Part shown: positions 63,079-64,000 of the stretch, one piece after another
How positions within the stretch are numbered: position 1 is the stretch's first letter
How the letters are laid out: every line of letters starts with the position of its first letter
DNA from: Daphnia carinata
Taxonomy: Eukaryota
Direction of reading: 5' to 3'
DNA length: 64,000 nucleotides
NCBI RefSeq assembly: GCF_022539665.2
Contig: NC_081332.1
Span: forward strand, 124,001 to 188,000
Program-made: the position numbers and the translations under genes
The notes under the pieces: model-generated
The model's database searches: none
What the model was told of the DNA's origin: nothing
The model's input: the letters and a program-made list of their open reading frames with translations, nothing else

Positions 63079-63580
63079 CAGACTTGCCGCGCCGATCAAT
63101 TTTCCGATCTTGATCTCCGATCCGATCTTTTGAGTTTGATCGGATCGGGCGATCCGATCAAACTGCAAAAGATCGGATCGGCAAAAATCAATTTTTGCCG
63201 ATCATTTTTACCGATCATTTTTGTGCGACAACTAACGCTTAAAATTCACACCGTCTAACGAATGTTGCATTGGCTGTCACAGCGGCAGTCACTGACGGCC
63301 ATTGAGGGTGAACCCTAAACAGTTTCCTTCAATTGGCATTCGCAAAAACAGTAGTGAAAAGAGCCATGCGACTGCAAAATTTACAGCTAGATGGCGAAAA
63401 GTTTGATCGCTAAAAATGATCGGATCACGATCAATTTTTTGGGATCGCCGATCCGATCTCCGATCTTTCTCAAAAGATCGGATGGGCGATCATTTTTTGA
63501 TCGAAGATCGGATCGGCGATCATTTTTTGATCGAAGATCGGATCGGCGATCAATTTTTGATCGCGATCGCGGCAAGTCTG
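63079..63580. mobile_element. hAT-type MITE (502 bp), GATC-rich
   Basis: Perfect 13-bp TIR CAGACTTGCCGCG; perfect 8-bp TSD GTTGGAAT; internal 30-bp tandem repeats. Confidence 0.93.
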
Positions 63581-64000
63581 GTTGGAATATTGTTTTTTTT
63601 TTGGTCTTTTTTTATTGTTCATGGTTTCCATCTATCGGTGGAACACGCGAATCCCAATAATAGCTTTGCTGTGCTGCTATTGTCTGCTAGCATCACTAAA
63701 AATGGCGTTCAAGTTTCGCTTCATTAATCCCTATAATGGTTTCCGCTTTTGGTATGTCCACATTGCTGTTTTCACTTGTCCAGTTGCTGTGATCCTATTA
63801 CAGTTAATCTTGCATAGGCTTTTTACTTCTGTTTTTGGTATTGAAATAATGGCTGAGTCTGTGGCACTAGTAAACAACTCCTACGATAAACGAAGGCTGG
63901 CTGCTTTAAAGAGGTAAGTTGAGAAAACTCTGCTACAGAAACTTACGCACAGCATTCACTCAAATTGTTGATGTGGAATATATCATGCAGGCTTATTCAC

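Noticed and set aside
63387..63727. Repetitive ORFs (RRSDLRSKND, etc.)
   Set aside because: Translations of the MITE's internal 30-bp repeats.

Overview
Eukaryotic, AT-rich arthropod DNA with very short (~60-80 nt) GT-AG introns, most consistent with a Daphnia-like crustacean (inference). A gene island at ~21.5-40.6 kb holds five intact-looking spliced genes: an AA15 LPMO, a Myo1c/Myo61F-type myosin I, NDUFB4, a FABP and RNF10. One RNF10 intron carries an H/ACA snoRNA candidate. Both flanks are dense, nested transposon DNA. The left flank has a near-intact Ty3/Gypsy element (5' LTR, tRNA-Leu PBS, gag, -1 frameshift signal, pol), MULE, hAT and Tc1 remnants, a Harbinger insertion and MITEs. The right flank has a palindromic rearrangement of an 8-bp-TSD DNA transposon, a ~358-bp tandem array interrupted by a solo LTR, triple-nested MITEs and pseudogenes. 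Most notable: (1) a 342-aa ORF overprinted inside gag, plus an extra ORF3 after pol; (2) a junction pattern matching natural reversed-ends (alternative) transposition; (3) the intronic snoRNA, predicted to guide the 18S position equivalent to human Psi1244; (4) a satellite apparently built from a transposon terminal motif. All calls were made by eye; no database searches were run.
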